64,000 nt of DNA from positions 153,760,001 to 153,824,000 of the forward strand of contig NC_042997.1 in NCBI RefSeq assembly GCF_006345805.1, given 5' to 3'. Origin of the DNA: Octopus sinensis (Eukaryota). Positions 63,115 through 64,000 of the stretch are shown piece after piece; the first letter of the stretch is position 1; each line of letters opens with the position of its first letter. The position numbers and the translations under genes were made by a program. Under the pieces are notes generated by a model that had not been told where the DNA came from, did not search any database, and saw only the letters and a program-made list of their open reading frames with translations.

Positions 63115-63431
63115 ATATATATATATCGTCGAGTAGTAATATTACTTGTTATGACAAATGCATGGTCAAAATGTTACCGACGGTTTCACGCCGACTATTC
63201 CATTTGGCAATATTTACGATTCTTCAGCCATGCTGACTCGGTGCTCATAGCTTATGTGCCATAACCAATAATACATTGCGCAACAATGTTAGAATATATC
63301 CGCTCTACTCCTCTTTTAGAGTCTGCTATTTTTCTAACTCATGGACAACTCAATGATTTGATAAGTGTATATGTGTGTACTTGTGTTTGTATGTGTGTGA
63401 GATTAAGTATGAATAGAATGTATATATATAT

Positions 63432-63462
<31 letters not shown>

Positions 63463-63848
63463 GTGCTTGTCCTTTCTTTGATCTGAAATATGTAACGTGA
63501 TTATAGTTCCATAAATTCATACAATAATGCTAAAAAATTAATTAGAAATATATAAAAAGAAAAGTTTATAAAACAATATATACATCCGTTAAACTCGCCT
63601 CAAAAACAAAAAACAAAATATTCACGACCATCTGTTGTTTCGTGAAATATCTGTGACTACTGAAGGCTATATTTAAAATCACTGCGGAGAAGCGTTCATT
63701 GACACGTTTTTCGATACTCACACTTTTTCTAATCTGTTTGCCACCAGCAAAATGTAGGGTAAGTGTAAATCTTCCTTGAAGTGTGAGAGAAAGGAAAAGG
63801 ATTTCATAACGTTTCTGATGTATCTCAATTTAATCAGTGGCGTAACTA

Positions 63849-64000
63849 CGAGTGGGTGCTGAAAAGTTCCTGGCTTCGAGTAAAAGAAAATACGGGAGAA
63901 TTAGTTAATCATGATTTTATCCAACATATTCCCCTCTCAGATTCATACACTTATTGCAGCGGCCCTTCAGTTTTTCTAAGCCCTGTAAAAGAATTCGGAA
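63849..64000 (+). mobile_element. Mariner-type MITE, cut by window end
   Basis: ta|cgagtgggtgctgaaaagttcctggctt, same body as the 19145 copy. Confidence 0.8.

Overview
AT-rich, repeat-dense animal genomic DNA. The SINE families and very long microsatellites are most consistent with an octopus (inferred, not verified). There is one intact protein-coding gene: a CDS without introns on the minus strand (28419-30359) encoding an NKRF/CARF-family protein (XTBD, dsRBD-like, G-patch, R3H). The last two coding exons of a Lys-rich plus-strand gene lie at 826-924 and 2950-3054. The rest is mobile-element debris: at least four SINE families, mariner relics and MITEs, TTAA-flanked and 9-bp-TSD MITEs, RTE/CR1 LINE ends, Helitron-like ends, and Penelope-like (GIY-YIG) fragments. 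The most interesting signal is a set of minimal hammerhead-ribozyme motifs, several with a compensatory U3:A8 core (UUGANAA). They sit downstream of GIY-YIG fragments and inside short non-coding inverted-repeat insertions, one of which has a 12-bp TSD. Also notable are (TA)n-embedded foldback elements, a tRNA-Glu/retro-tail chimera, a ~23-aa periodic motif in the NKRF linker, and an apparent CpG-depletion boundary at the NKRF 5' end. Repeat coordinates are read by eye and approximate.
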